DNA of 64,000 nucleotides from Chloropicon primus (taxonomy: Eukaryota): the NCBI GenBank assembly GCA_023205875.1, contig CP060754.1, positions 868,001 through 932,000 on the forward strand. Direction: 5' to 3'. The position numbers and the translations under genes are program-made. Below the pieces are notes generated by a model. It did not search any database and was not told the DNA's origin. It worked only from the letters and a program-made list of their open reading frames with translations. This document shows positions 1-12,911 of this stretch, piece by piece. Numbering within the stretch: the stretch's first letter is position 1; every line of letters starts with the position of its first letter.

Positions 1-34
1 TGGAGGGCGTGTCCTCCTCGTCTCGTGAATCATC

Positions 35-1033
35 ATGGGCGCGTCGGAGCTGGGGACGAGCGACCAGCACACTCTGACGGTGGTGAACCAGGTGTTCTCG
101 GGGTTCAGCGTCTGTGGGTCGGCCCTGATCATATGCTCGTACGTCCTGTTCCCGAGCCTGCGCAAGTTCTCGTACAAGCTCGTGTTGATGCTCAGCATAA
201 GCGATTTTGGGAACCAGGGGTGCTCTTTCCTCGGGAACCCGAACCACGAGCAGGCGCTCTGCGCGATCCAGGCGGTGGGGATCCAGTTCTGGTCCGTCGC
301 CAGCTTCCTGTGGACTGGAGCGATAGCGTACGTGCTGCGAAGCACGGTGATAGACAAGAGGACGGACATCGAGGGGACGTACAGGAAGATGCACGTGTTC
401 ATCTGGGCCCTCTCCTTCGGGGCGGCCGTGATCCCGTCCTGGGCCTACGCGCCCACGGGGGCCTGGTGCTGGATAGAGGGGGAGGACATCGGCGGGAAAA
501 TCATGCGGTTCATCTTCTACTACGCGCCCCTGTGGTTCGTCATCGGGTACAACGTCTTCGCCTATGTCAGCGTCATCCGGTACCTGAGGAGGGTGCAGCT
601 CCTGGCGAACAGCATAAACACGAACGCGGACAGCCAGCCGAGGTTCGAGATGAAGGCGATCTCCAGGCTGGGCTGGTACCCCTGCATCCTCATCTTCTGC
701 CACACCTTCGCCACGATAAACAGGATCCAGAACTGGGTCAGCCCGCACAACCCGAGCTTCGTTCTCTTCCTGCTTCACACGTGCACGCAGTCCCTCACCG
801 GGTTCCTCAATTGCGTGGCGTACGGCCTGAACCACGCCGTGAGGTCCGCCTGGTTCGAGAGGTTCCCCTTCCTGAAGAAGCTCGCGGTGTGCGGCAAGGG
901 AAGGGAGAACAAGTTCCACAAGTTCGAGAACGAGATGAGCGTCCGGGGCGAGGACAACGGGAAGGACGTTCCTCTCGACTCGCCCGTGGACAACGGCAAC
1001 GGGGAGGGGGACGGGCCCGACAACAAGCTGTGA
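35..1033 (+). CDS. GCR1: GCR1-like 7TM receptor (Dictyostelium cAMP-receptor-like family)
   Basis: Intronless 332-aa ORF with seven hydrophobic segments and motifs GSALIICSYVLFPSLRKFSYKLV, SFLWT, GAWCWI, FYYAPLW, RLGWYP, TINRI and GFLNCVAYG, all resembling plant GCR1. Confidence 0.85.
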   Translation: MGASELGTSDQHTLTVVNQVFSGFSVCGSALIICSYVLFPSLRKFSYKLVLMLSISDFGNQGCSFLGNPNHEQALCAIQAVGIQFWSVASFLWTGAIAYVLRSTVIDKRTDIEGTYRKMHVFIWALSFGAAVIPSWAYAPTGAWCWIEGEDIGGKIMRFIFYYAPLWFVIGYNVFAYVSVIRYLRRVQLLANSINTNADSQPRFEMKAISRLGWYPCILIFCHTFATINRIQNWVSPHNPSFVLFLLHTCTQSLTGFLNCVAYGLNHAVRSAWFERFPFLKKLAVCGKGRENKFHKFENEMSVRGEDNGKDVPLDSPVDNGNGEGDGPDNKL

Positions 1034-1051
1034 GGCTTTAGGTTTTACGGG

Positions 1052-1095
1052 TATTACGGATATTACGGATATTACGGATATATATATATATATAT
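1052..1095. repeat. Short tandem repeat (TATTACGGA)x3 followed by (TA)n
   Basis: Read directly; lies between two convergent 3' ends. Confidence 0.9.
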
Positions 1096-1145
1096 CAATT
1101 TCGCTGGTGAGTATTATGTTGTGTATAAGTTAAAGTTGTCGCCTC

Positions 1146-3784
1146 TCAACCCTCCGCCTTGCTCTTCAGTTGGCGTGCACGGTCCAAAAATTCCTCCATG
1201 TTCAGCTCGTTGATGAACACCATTCCTCGCGCCGCCCTCATCCTGGGGTCCTTGTGGTTCTTGAAGTAGTCCGTGCCGAGGAGGGTGGCCAGCTGCCGGT
1301 ACTGCTCCGCCTGAATCATTTGGGCCCAGTGAGAGAACGGTCCGTCGTAGTCCGGGGCCGGGAAGGAGGCCTCCTTCTGAGAGATGAAGCAGGTCTCAAA
1401 GGCGTCGTTCAGGTGAGCGAGGTCGCCAAGCTCCACGGGGTACATGATCTTGGCCTCCCTGGGGTGGAAGCGGAACCACACGTTCCTGTACCCCCAGATC
1501 TTCAAGTCCTTCTTCGAGTCTTGCTCGCAATACAACTTGCAGGCCGCGGAAACCGCCTGCAGCACCTTGTAGTGGGTGTCCGGCCCGCTCCCCTCAGGAT
1601 CCAGGGCGACCGTGACGTAGCCAGGGCTCTTCTGCTTCATCAACTTTAGCAAAGGCAAAACGTCCCTGTTGATCTCGGGATCCTCGGTGAAGAGGTCGCC
1701 CTTGTAGAATCCCATGCGGAGGTGGGCCACGGAGTCCGAAGGGACGAAGCCGTGGTAGCCCCACAGGGCGTCGCACTCAAACTCCCTGAGCATCCCCTTG
1801 AGAACTTGGTACTCCACAGAGTCCTTCTGTCCCTGGTACTGGTTCTCGTAGTAGCGAATGGCTTTCTCGAGGGACTCCTGGAAGAAGGCCGCCTGGCTGG
1901 ACTTTGAGCCCTCTGGGTCGAAGTTCCTCGCGATGCACCTCAGCACGCGCTCTGAGATCGCGTCATCTTTGCCGTACACATCTCTCGCGGCGTGGGCATT
2001 CATGAAGTTGGTGACATCCGCGTCCCCTGTCTGCGAGGGGTGAAAGTACCCGCTTTCCACCATGCCTTTGACGGCCCCCTCCTCGTCCATCAGGTGCTTC
2101 AGAGCCTTCCTGAGGAAGGACAGGAACAGACTGTTTGTCACAGCATTGAACCCAGACGTCGCGTAGACGAACGTGTGCTCGTTCGTCGTCTCCTTCCTGA
2201 GATTGTTTGCAAGAGGGAGGTAACCCAGCATGATGTCATCGTGGTGTGGGGCCGTGTGAATGAAGGTTGACCCCGTGATCGTCTGCAAGGACTTTTCGAT
2301 CTTCTGCCTGATGGACTCGTCGACCATTTTCACCAGGGAGTCCACGTACCCCTTCCTGTCACGGGCAGCGGAGGATCCGCACTTCAATTGCAAGGCATGG
2401 CTCGTTCGCCTGTCTCCGGCAAAGTGCTCTGGCGTAAGGTCGAGCAGCCTCGTCTTGCATTTCAGGGACAAGTCGATCACGGCATCCATGATCAAGTTGT
2501 CAGGGTTGGACTCGAAGTTAGCCTTGAATGTGTCAAAAATGCGCGCTTCTATTTTTGTACATGCGCTGGAGGTCAAGTAAAACCTGAATCCGGGAACGTT
2601 GTAGAACGAAGTAGCCGGGGTCTCCACGTGCTTCGGGCCTTTCACGGCGTTCGCAATCACCTGGGCCTTTGCATCGCCGGCAGCAAAGACCGCGATGCTC
2701 GCGTTCGGGTTGTACTTGATCGTTCCCAGCCCGATGGTTATGACGTGCTTCTTCCTGGAGTTGTCGATCCCTCCCAGGTCGCTCGCTGCTGCTGCGGCGG
2801 ACTGGTAATTCAGCTTCGTCAGCCTCGTCGTCGAATTGTGGTCCTTTCCCTTGCAGTTGAATGCCACGTGGCCGTCCGGGCCGATTCCCCCGAGGAAGAA
2901 ACCGATCCCACCCAAGCTTCTGATCTCCTCCTCATACTCGCAGCAATACTGGTGGACGGCATTCAGCGCAGTCGCTTGGTCCCTCTCCAGGAGGTTGCTC
3001 GGCTCTCTCTCCGTGACCGTCAGGTCAATGCCGTCCTCGAACAGCACCCCATTGTTTGTTCCCTCCTTGCAGCCCAGGTTCCAGATATCCATCACTCTGA
3101 CTTTCTTTGGGTCAAGGCCAAAGTTCTCCGCGTAATGCTTCTTCACGTACGAAGAAAAGCTGTTCTTGTGGTCCGGGTTGATCGGGAAGAACTCGTCCAT
3201 CTGAAAGAAGTGGAGGCTGGGCATGTCCGGGTGGTTGTCCGTGTCCTGCAACCCGAGGCCCTTGAGGTCATCGACGGTTTCCTTCGTCCCCCAAGTATCG
3301 AGAAAGTGCTTCACCCACTTGATGAAGTGCTCCGGGGTTCTGCCGGTGGGGAGGGAGATCACCCCCCCCGGGTTGCTCTGCACCCATTCGATGAACCTCG
3401 CAGCAACGACCTTGCCCAGCTGTGGAAAGTTCTCCACCTCGATTATCTGTAGAGTTCCAAGGGAAGCAGTAGACGCGATGAAGGGCGCGGGCACAGGTGA
3501 GTCGCGGGGGCAGTGGTGGTCGAGAGGGATGATCCCCCAAAAAAATTGCAACAGGGTAGAGGGCAACCTCGCTCCACGACCGCAGGCCTTTTGTCGCTCC
3601 TCGTCCTTGCTGGCAAACTTACCGGTAGTTTTTCCTCTGGCGCGTATTGGAGCTTTCTCCCCGACCTCTTGACGGCTTGGGCCTCCACCGCCGAGGTCAG
3701 CACCACGGGATCGGCAATCCTTTGCTTCTTCCCGGCGGATCCACCCCCGACCCCGGCCTTGTCCCCTCCCTCTCGCTTCACCAT
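1146..3784 (-). CDS. nagB: Glucosamine-6-phosphate deaminase (NagB) fused to a PIG-L/LmbE-like deacetylase domain; exons 3784-3623 and 3446-1146, about 820 aa
   Basis: NagB motifs ISLPTGRTP, FQMDEF and GGIGPDGHVAFN; PIG-L motifs APHHDD and GPDTH. A phase-0 GT-AG intron at 3622-3447 (gtaagt...ctacag) joins QYAPEEKLP to IIEVENFPQLG. Confidence 0.85.
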
Positions 3785-4073
3785 TCTCTCTCAAAAAGGG
3801 CCTTCTCCGCCGACTTCTCACTTTCTGGCCCTCGGGCATGTCCGTCGTCGTCGGGGAGGAGGCCTGGAGGAGGAGAGGAGCTGGATGGCCAGAGAATACT
3901 ACAGAGTTATACTACACATATATACAAGCATGATGCAAAAACATAAAAACAGGAAAAGCTGGAAGAAACGGGGGGCACGCATCATTGGCACTGGGTCAGC
4001 AACGTCGGTCGTCCCAAAGCATCGCAGCATTCTTTTTTCGTTTGGTTTCGTGGGCGGCGACGGTGGGTTTCGT

Positions 4074-4152
4074 GGTTCAGACTAACGAGATTCCAACTTT
4101 CTATCGTCACTAGCAGTCAGATGGTACGGACAAGTCGTTCTTCATCACAACC
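4074..4152 (-). ncRNA. Box C/D snoRNA, dual guide for LSU rRNA (D-box guide resembles U30)
   Basis: Box C GTGATGA (4148-4142), D' CTGA (4120-4117), C' TGACGA (4109-4104), D CTGA (4080-4077) and a terminal GGT/ACC stem. Guide CTTGTCCGTACCA is antisense to LSU UGGUACGGACAAG; guide GGAATCTCGTTA is antisense to LSU UAACGAGAUUCC. Confidence 0.85.
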
Positions 4153-4158
4153 AGAACC

Positions 4159-4161
<3 letters not shown>

Positions 4162-4191
<30 letters not shown>
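4162..4191. repeat. (GA)n microsatellite
   Basis: Read directly. Confidence 0.9.
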
Positions 4192-4251
4192 CGGGGCAGA
4201 AGCGTTCCAAGTCGACCTACCTATGGTACACGCGTGGCGTCGGGCCATTTC

Positions 4252-5157
4252 TCAGCCGAGGGACAGCAGCTTCGCTCCGAAAACGTTCTCCGCTTCCCGC
4301 ACCAGGGACTGAACCGTTTCCTCTCCAGTTTCCCCGCCGATCCTGGGCCTCAGGTCCGCAAGGACGTCTTTCCTCGCAGCATTTGCGTCCAGCACCCGCT
4401 TGGAGACCTCTTCCCCCGACAACCCGCCATCGGCTTTCCAGGACCTCGCCGCCGAGGAGATCTCCTTTCGCATGCGGTTATCCAGCTGGTGGATCTGGCT
4501 CCTGCCGTTCACGAGCTGACCCTCGGCCTTCCTCGCCGCCTCCAACTCGGGCGAGTGGAAGTCGCTCACCGCCTCCGTCCACTTGGACTGGATCCGGCGC
4601 CAGAGCTCCTCGACCTCAACGCCGCCCCCCCGCGGGCGCGCCACGAGGGTCCTCTCCGCCTCCCAGCCCCCCCCCGGTGGCTCGAAGGAGGCGTGCATTC
4701 TCACCAGCACGTGGTCGGGCAGGGGTCTCGGGCGCTTGGCGTTCCTCTCCAGAGCCTCCGGGAGCTCCGTGTTCACGTGGAGGACCGCCAGGGCGGCCCC
4801 GTGCTTGCGGGCGACCAAGTAGATCTCACGACGCATACTCCTGAGGTGCATGTTGTCGTCCACGACCACCAGCTTGTGACGGCCCTCCGTCGTCGGCGTC
4901 GCCGCCGCCGCCGCCTCCCTCGCCACTTTGGCGAGGGCCTCCCTCCTCCCCTCCCTCCACGTCTCGGGGTCGTACTGCCCCCCCTCTTCGCAAAAGTCGT
5001 CGAAGCAGATCCACTCCGGAACGACTCTGGGCGTCGACTCGCGGACCCTTTCCACGATCTGGCCCGCCAGGGTCGACTTGCCTCCCCCCGCCAAGCCGCA
5101 CAACACAAGGATCAGCACCCTCGCCTTGCCCTGCCACTCCTCCTCTGCCGCCGCCAT
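4252..5157 (-). CDS. PSTK: L-seryl-tRNA(Sec) kinase (phosphoseryl-tRNA kinase)
   Basis: P-loop LCGLAGGGKST, DDNMHLRSMRREIY, ALERNAKR and FEPP. C-terminal HQLDNRMRKEIS helix. Start placed at ATG 5157. Confidence 0.75.
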   Translation of the reverse strand: MAAAEEEWQGKARVLILVLCGLAGGGKSTLAGQIVERVRESTPRVVPEWICFDDFCEEGGQYDPETWREGRREALAKVAREAAAAATPTTEGRHKLVVVDDNMHLRSMRREIYLVARKHGAALAVLHVNTELPEALERNAKRPRPLPDHVLVRMHASFEPPGGGWEAERTLVARPRGGGVEVEELWRRIQSKWTEAVSDFHSPELEAARKAEGQLVNGRSQIHQLDNRMRKEISSAARSWKADGGLSGEEVSKRVLDANAARKDVLADLRPRIGGETGEETVQSLVREAENVFGAKLLSLG

Positions 5158-5656
5158 CTCACACCCACACCTCCGACGGCGATGGCGACTCAGTTGCGAC
5201 CTCGTCGCGGACCCGCTTCCGCCGTTGCCGTTGCCCGAGAGAAGGCCTCGACGAACGCTTCGCACCACCACAACCTACGCCCTCCGGGAGAGAAACACTT
5301 GAAGCTCCTGCCCGTTCCCTTTCCTTTCCCGACAAGTTCCGACGCCCTCAAAAATGGGTCCTCCTTCGAGAGCAAGCGATCAGTCCATCCATCCATCAAG
5401 GATCTCGACGTCTTGCTCACTTCTTCCCGGTCACCGGAGTCCTTCATCCATCCGTCCCTCCCCCCAGCCGCCTCGACCTCCATCGCTTTTCCCTTTCTCT
5501 TTTTTTTTCTCTCTCTCCAGGGTAACGTCGTTTACCGATTGCCTTATCCACAACAGAAAAAAGGGTCGGTGTTCTGTGCGGGCGGCGGAAGAGAGGGAGA
5601 GAGAGCGCGGAGGTTGAGAGAGAGAGAGAGGAGAGATCCTAGCCTAACGTAACCTA

Positions 5657-7396
5657 ATGGCAGTGAACAGTAAGATGGTGAGGGGTGTGAGGGGTGTGAG
5701 GGGTGTGGCGTCGAGGTCCAGGGCGGCGAGGGTCGCGGGGGGTCGCGCGAGGGGCCCCGTGCAGGTGAGGGCGAACGCCAAGCAGCTGCACTTCAACGTG
5801 GACGGCGACGCTATCAAAAAGATGCAGAACGGGGTGGAGAAGCTCGCCAAGGTGGTTGGCGTGACCCTGGGTCCCAAGGGAAGGAACGTCGTCCTGGAGT
5901 CCAAGTTCGGCTCCCCAAAGATCGTGAACGACGGGGTGACGGTGGCCAAGGAGGTGGAGCTCGAGGACCCCGTGGAGAACATCGGGGCCAAGCTCGTGCG
6001 CCAGGCCGCCTCCAGGACGAACGACGTGGCGGGAGACGGGACGACGACCGCGACCATCCTGTCGGCGGCGATCATCGCCGAGGGGATGAAGATCGTCATC
6101 GCTGGCGCGAACCCGGTCCAGGTGACCAGGGGAATCGACAAGACCGTCAAGGCCCTCGTCCACGAGCTCAAGGAGCTCTCCACGGAGGTGAGGGACCAGG
6201 ACCTGGCGAGCGTCGCCACGGTGTCCGCCGGCGGCAACGAGGAGGTGGGAAGGCTGATCTCGGACGCCATGGACCAGGTCGGGAGGACCGGGGTCATCAC
6301 CCTCGAGGAGTCCAAGACCGCCGAGGACAATATGTACGTCGTGGAGGGCATGCAGTTCGACCGCGGGTACATGTCCCCGTACTTCGTCACCGACACGGAG
6401 CGCATGGTTACCGAGTACGAGAACTGCCGCTTGCTCCTCGTGGACAAGAAGATCACATCGGCCCGTGACATCGTGGGCGTCTTGGAGGAGGCCATCAAGG
6501 GAGGCTACCCGGTGCTCATCATGGCGGAGGACATCGAGCAGGAGCCCTTGGCGACCCTCGTGGTCAACAAGATCAGGGGAGCCCTCAAGGTGGTGGCCAT
6601 GAAGGCCCCTGGCTTCGGAGACCGCAAGAGCCAGTACTTGGACGACATTGCGGTCATGACCGGGGGCACGGTGGTGAAGGAGGAGCTGGGACTGAACCTC
6701 GCCAAGGTCGGCGAGGAGGTCCTCGGAAAGGCCGCCAAGGTCGTCTTGGCCAAGGAGCACTGCACAATCGTCGGAGACGGAACGAACGAAGGCCCGGTGG
6801 GCGACAGGGTCAAGCAGATCAAGGTGCTGCTCGAGAACGCCGAGGCCGAGTACGAGAAGGAGAAGCTGAACGAGCGTGTCGCCAGGCTCAGCGGGGGCGT
6901 CGCCATCGTCCAGGTCGGAGCCCAGACCGAGACCGAGCTCAAGGAGAAGAAGCTCAGGGTCGAGGACGCCCTGAACGCCACCAAGGCCGCCGTCCAGGAG
7001 GGCATCGTCATTGGGGGCGGCTGCACCCTCCTCAAGCTCGCGGCAAAGGTGCCAGCGATCAGGGAGGCCCTCGACAACGAGGAGCAGAAGATCGGAGCCG
7101 ACATCGTGCAGCGCGCTCTCGGGTACCCTCTCAAGCTCATCGCGGAGAACGCCGGAACCAACGGGTCCGTGGTCATGGAGAAGGTTCAGGAGGCCGCCGA
7201 TCCAAACTATGGCTTCAACGCCGCCGTGGGCGAGTACCAGGACCTCATGGAGAACGGAATCATCGACCCCACCAAGGTGATCAGGTGCGCCCTCGAGAAC
7301 GCCGCATCGGTATCGAGGACCTTCCTGACGTCCGACGTCGTCGTGACCGAGATCCCCGAGGAGGAGGTTGCTGCCGCGGCCGCCGAGGGATACTAG
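5657..7396 (+). CDS. CPN60B: Chloroplast chaperonin 60 beta subunit
   Basis: Arg/Ala/Gly-rich transit peptide, then AKQLHFN (beta-type), [17 protein letters not shown] and GMQFDRGY; intronless. Confidence 0.93.
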   Translation: MAVNSKMVRGVRGVRGVASRSRAARVAGGRARGPVQVRANAKQLHFNVDGDAIKKMQNGVEKLAKVVGVTLGPKGRNVVLESKFGSPKIVNDGVTVAKEVELEDPVENIGAKLVRQAASRTNDVAGDGTTTATILSAAIIAEGMKIVIAGANPVQVTRGIDKTVKALVHELKELSTEVRDQDLASVATVSAGGNEEVGRLISDAMDQVGRTGVITLEESKTAEDNMYVVEGMQFDRGYMSPYFVTDTERMVTEYENCRLLLVDKKITSARDIVGVLEEAIKGGYPVLIMAEDIEQEPLATLVVNKIRGALKVVAMKAPGFGDRKSQYLDDIAVMTGGTVVKEELGLNLAKVGEEVLGKAAKVVLAKEHCTIVGDGTNEGPVGDRVKQIKVLLENAEAEYEKEKLNERVARLSGGVAIVQVGAQTETELKEKKLRVEDALNATKAAVQEGIVIGGGCTLLKLAAKVPAIREALDNEEQKIGADIVQRALGYPLKLIAENAGTNGSVVMEKVQEAADPNYGFNAAVGEYQDLMENGIIDPTKVIRCALENAASVSRTFLTSDVVVTEIPEEEVAAAAAEGY

Positions 7397-7681
7397 GTTG
7401 CCCAAACCCTGCGCGAAAAGAGAAAGCTTCTTAGAAAGTGATGTAACACCCCCCCCCCCAGAGAAAGATTAAAAAAGAAAAACAGAAAGATTGTTAAATT
7501 GCACAAACTTTGATTTGCTTTTGCCTTCCCCCCTCCCCTCCCTGTCAAGGCGAGGATCCGCTGGCTTGGCGCTCCTCTCCTCTCATCGCCGTAATAAAAA
7601 TGAATTTCTTGGATTTCCTTTGGTGGCGGCCAAAAAACGAGGCCAGCCAGACGAGAGAGAGAACAGGAACAGGAGGACGTC

Positions 7682-9953
<2,272 letters not shown>

Positions 9954-10237
9954 AGTTAGCTCTTGCCTGCAAACTTGAGAATAAATTAGTTCGACTTTAT
10001 CAAGTAGATCAGATGACTTTTTTTTCGCATACATTACACAATCAAGTCACCGAGAACCAAACACAGATGATCCAATCCATGAAAAACTACCCATAAACAC
10101 CTGTCCTTGCCTCCTTTCCCCTCCCAACCCACTGCATTGCCCCAAGAACACCTCTCCCACCCCTCGACGCCAGTGCCCGGACCCGAGCCCACATCATCTG
10201 GGCTCCCCTCCCATTGCAAAAGAGAGAGAGCACCGCC

Positions 10238-12229
10238 ATGGCGGAGTCGGAAGACATCGACGGGGGGAACGGCGGTCTGTTCGCCCGCATCGTAAGCCTG
10301 TGGCGGAAGCTTCTCAAGCTCATCAAATCGATCTTCAAGGACGAGAAGTGGTTGTCCAACTTGACGCTTGGTCTTGGCCTTCCCACGCTCTCGCAGCTTG
10401 TCAGGGGACAAGGTGGTGGCGTGGTAACCAGCGGCAAGGTGTTTTATGGGACCCAGAAGGGGACCTCCAAGCGGCTTGCCGAAAGGCTCGTCCACTTGGC
10501 GAAGAAGAAGTTCGGCCTTGACCTCGAGGCGGTGAACATGGCGGACTACGAGGTGGAGAAGCTTCCCACTGAGAGGGGTTTGGTTTTCTTTGTGATCTCC
10601 ACCTACACGGACGGCACCCCGCCAGAGCCGGCCCAGTGGTTCTACCGCTGGGTGGAGGAGTCTGCCCACGACTTCCGCTGCGGTGCTGACTTCCTCAAGG
10701 AGCTCAAATTCGCCGTCTTCGGCTGCGGGAACTCGCAGTACGTGGAGAACTTCAACAAGTGTGCCAAGACCCTGTCAGGGAATCTCAAGTTGATGGGCGC
10801 AAAGGAGGTGGCGGACGTGTTTCTCGGGGACGAGGACAAGGGCTCGCTGGACACGCAGTTCAGGGACTGGACGGGAATTCTACAGCTGAGGCTGGCGGAC
10901 TATTGTAAGCCCCTCGAGACGCTGCAATTGGAGAAACCCAGGAACCCCAGTGTGAAGGCCAAGCTCGAGAAGATAAGGAAGCAGAAGGAGAAGGACGGGG
11001 GGCAGAGCACGGACATCGAGGATATCGGCAAGGCCCTTAACGGTTTGAAGGCCGGCGAGAAGCCAGAGATGCTCAATCACACAACCCGTGGCAACCTGAA
11101 GAAGCAGGGTTATAAAATCATAGGAACGCACAGTGGCGTGAAGCTGTGCAGGTGGACCAAGTCGATGCTGAGGGGTCGGGGAGGTTGCTACAAGCACAGC
11201 TTTTATGGCATAGAGAGCCACAGATGCATGGAGGCAACACCCTCGCTCGCTTGCGCGAACAAGTGCGTCTTCTGTTGGAGGCACCACACCAATCCGATCG
11301 GGAAGGAGTGGAAGTGGAAGATGGACCCCCCCGATAAAATTGTGAGCGAGGCGATTGCCTGTCACAGAGGAATGATAAAGGAGATGAAGGGGGTTCCTGG
11401 AGTGAAGCCGGAGAGGTTGGCGGAGGGCATCGACGTCAAGCACTGCGCCCTTTCCCTCGTAGGAGAGCCGATCATGTATCCCGAGATCAACGAGTTGTGC
11501 AACAGGCTCCACGGAGAGGGGATCTCTACATTCCTGGTGACGAACGCACAGTTTCCGCGCGCCATCGAGCGCCTTGTCCCCGTGACCCAGCTCTACGTGT
11601 CCGTGGACGCCGGGAACAAGGAGAGCTTGAAAGCGATAGACAGGCCTCTCTTCTCTGACTTTTGGGAAAGGTTTTTGCTTTGCCTGCAGAAGTTAAGGGA
11701 CAAGCGTCAGAGGACGGTGTACAGGCTCACCCTCGTCAACGACTGGAACGTGTCGGAGGTGGAGCAGTATGCCAGCCTGGTGGACATCGGGAAGCCAGAC
11801 TTCATTGAGATCAAGGGCGTGACTTACTGCGGGTCGAATGATGCCTCCTCTCTCACGATGAAGAACGTGCCGTACCACAACGAAGTGAGGGCCTTTGGCG
11901 AGAAGCTATGCTCCCTGAGGAACGAAGAGTATGGACTAGCGTGCGAGCACGAGCACTCGTTGTCCATCTTGCTGGCGCGGAAGGACAGGTACCTCAAGGG
12001 AAGGAAGTGGCACACGTGGATAGATTACGAGAAGTTCCAGAGCTTGTACAGGAGTGGCAAGCCTTTTGGGGCGGAAGACTACATGGAGGAGACACCGAGC
12101 TGGGCTGTGTGGGGCGCAGAAGAGAAAGGCTTCGATCCACAGGAGACAAGATTCAGGAAGAAGAGGAATCACCCGGGAAAGAATGTAAGTGTGGATAGCG
12201 ACACAAAACAAGCAATAAAAACGACTTAA
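10238..12229 (+). CDS. TYW1: tRNA wybutosine synthesis protein 1 (flavodoxin + radical SAM)
   Basis: Flavodoxin motifs YGTQKGTS and FAVFGCGNS; HSGVKLCRWTKSMLRGRGGCYKH; radical SAM CANKCVFC; HCALSLVGEP. Confidence 0.95.
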   Translation: MAESEDIDGGNGGLFARIVSLWRKLLKLIKSIFKDEKWLSNLTLGLGLPTLSQLVRGQGGGVVTSGKVFYGTQKGTSKRLAERLVHLAKKKFGLDLEAVNMADYEVEKLPTERGLVFFVISTYTDGTPPEPAQWFYRWVEESAHDFRCGADFLKELKFAVFGCGNSQYVENFNKCAKTLSGNLKLMGAKEVADVFLGDEDKGSLDTQFRDWTGILQLRLADYCKPLETLQLEKPRNPSVKAKLEKIRKQKEKDGGQSTDIEDIGKALNGLKAGEKPEMLNHTTRGNLKKQGYKIIGTHSGVKLCRWTKSMLRGRGGCYKHSFYGIESHRCMEATPSLACANKCVFCWRHHTNPIGKEWKWKMDPPDKIVSEAIACHRGMIKEMKGVPGVKPERLAEGIDVKHCALSLVGEPIMYPEINELCNRLHGEGISTFLVTNAQFPRAIERLVPVTQLYVSVDAGNKESLKAIDRPLFSDFWERFLLCLQKLRDKRQRTVYRLTLVNDWNVSEVEQYASLVDIGKPDFIEIKGVTYCGSNDASSLTMKNVPYHNEVRAFGEKLCSLRNEEYGLACEHEHSLSILLARKDRYLKGRKWHTWIDYEKFQSLYRSGKPFGAEDYMEETPSWAVWGAEEKGFDPQETRFRKKRNHPGKNVSVDSDTKQAIKTT

Positions 12230-12299
12230 AACTGTACACATATACTTTCTTAGTGGTTGGCGAATAAGTTATGGTGAGAAAGCGTGTGTGCCTCCTGAT

Positions 12300-12911
12300 T
12301 TAAAAGTCTGGAAACTGCGAGCATGACTGCGACTGTCCAAAAATCTTGTTGTCGCTCAAAGTGATTTTGATGGAGCTTGGGCCTGGATCCCCTCCGCCGC
12401 GTGTGTCAGAGGCAGCGCACCCATGGTCGTGGCACTCGTAAGCAGTGCAGTCGATCGTGCACATCGGGTTCCACATCATGGAAGTGTGCGTGTGAGGGGT
12501 CCACGCTTTGGGTCTTGAATCCGGCGGCTTTGGCGTGTGGTATTGCGTGCCCGAGGAGGACGGCACCGGTGCCAGCACCTCCGACTTGTTTTGCACGAGG
12601 GACGCCTGCGAGCCGATGTTTCCTATCGAGCGGATGGAGACAATTTTGGTCGCCTTCCTCTTGGTGCGCTTCAGAGCACAGTAGCAGCCCGCCGCGAAAG
12701 CCAGGACGCAGGCCACGGAGATGACGATGATGGAGGTCAGACCCAGGCTCTGAACGGAAGCCCCAAAGTTCTGGACTTCGGGCTCTCTGAGATAGGTCCC
12801 GTTGCGGATTGTCTCGTTCAGCGTAGCGTTCACGTGCTGGAGGAATCCGATGATGAAGTCAATGGCGTCGATGGCGTCCGGAGCGCTTTCCGTCTCGTTC
12901 GACCCCGCCAT
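12300..12911 (-). CDS. Hypothetical single-pass membrane protein (about 203 aa)
   Basis: ATG at 12911; one hydrophobic helix (IIVISVACVLAFAAGCYCAL) followed by basic KRTKRK; no family recognised. Confidence 0.55.
   Translation of the reverse strand: MAGSNETESAPDAIDAIDFIIGFLQHVNATLNETIRNGTYLREPEVQNFGASVQSLGLTSIIVISVACVLAFAAGCYCALKRTKRKATKIVSIRSIGNIGSQASLVQNKSEVLAPVPSSSGTQYHTPKPPDSRPKAWTPHTHTSMMWNPMCTIDCTAYECHDHGCAASDTRGGGDPGPSSIKITLSDNKIFGQSQSCSQFPDF

Larger units (their letters stand above)
3959..4220 (-). other. Probable spliceosomal intron in the 3' UTR of PSTK, hosting a snoRNA
   Basis: Minus strand has donor ag|gtaggt 31 nt after the PSTK stop, branch gctgac and acceptor tttcttccag; an AT-rich UTR-like tract follows. 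Confidence 0.55.

Noticed and set aside
3447..3839. N-terminus of the 897-aa ORF as listed in the track
   Set aside because: It reads through an intron; the first exon is in another frame (3784-3623).
5654..7405. Long antisense ORFs (also 26471-28432, 38597-40276, 50585-52378, 54992-56848)
   Set aside because: Shadow frames of well-supported genes caused by strong GC3 codon bias; no recognisable domains.
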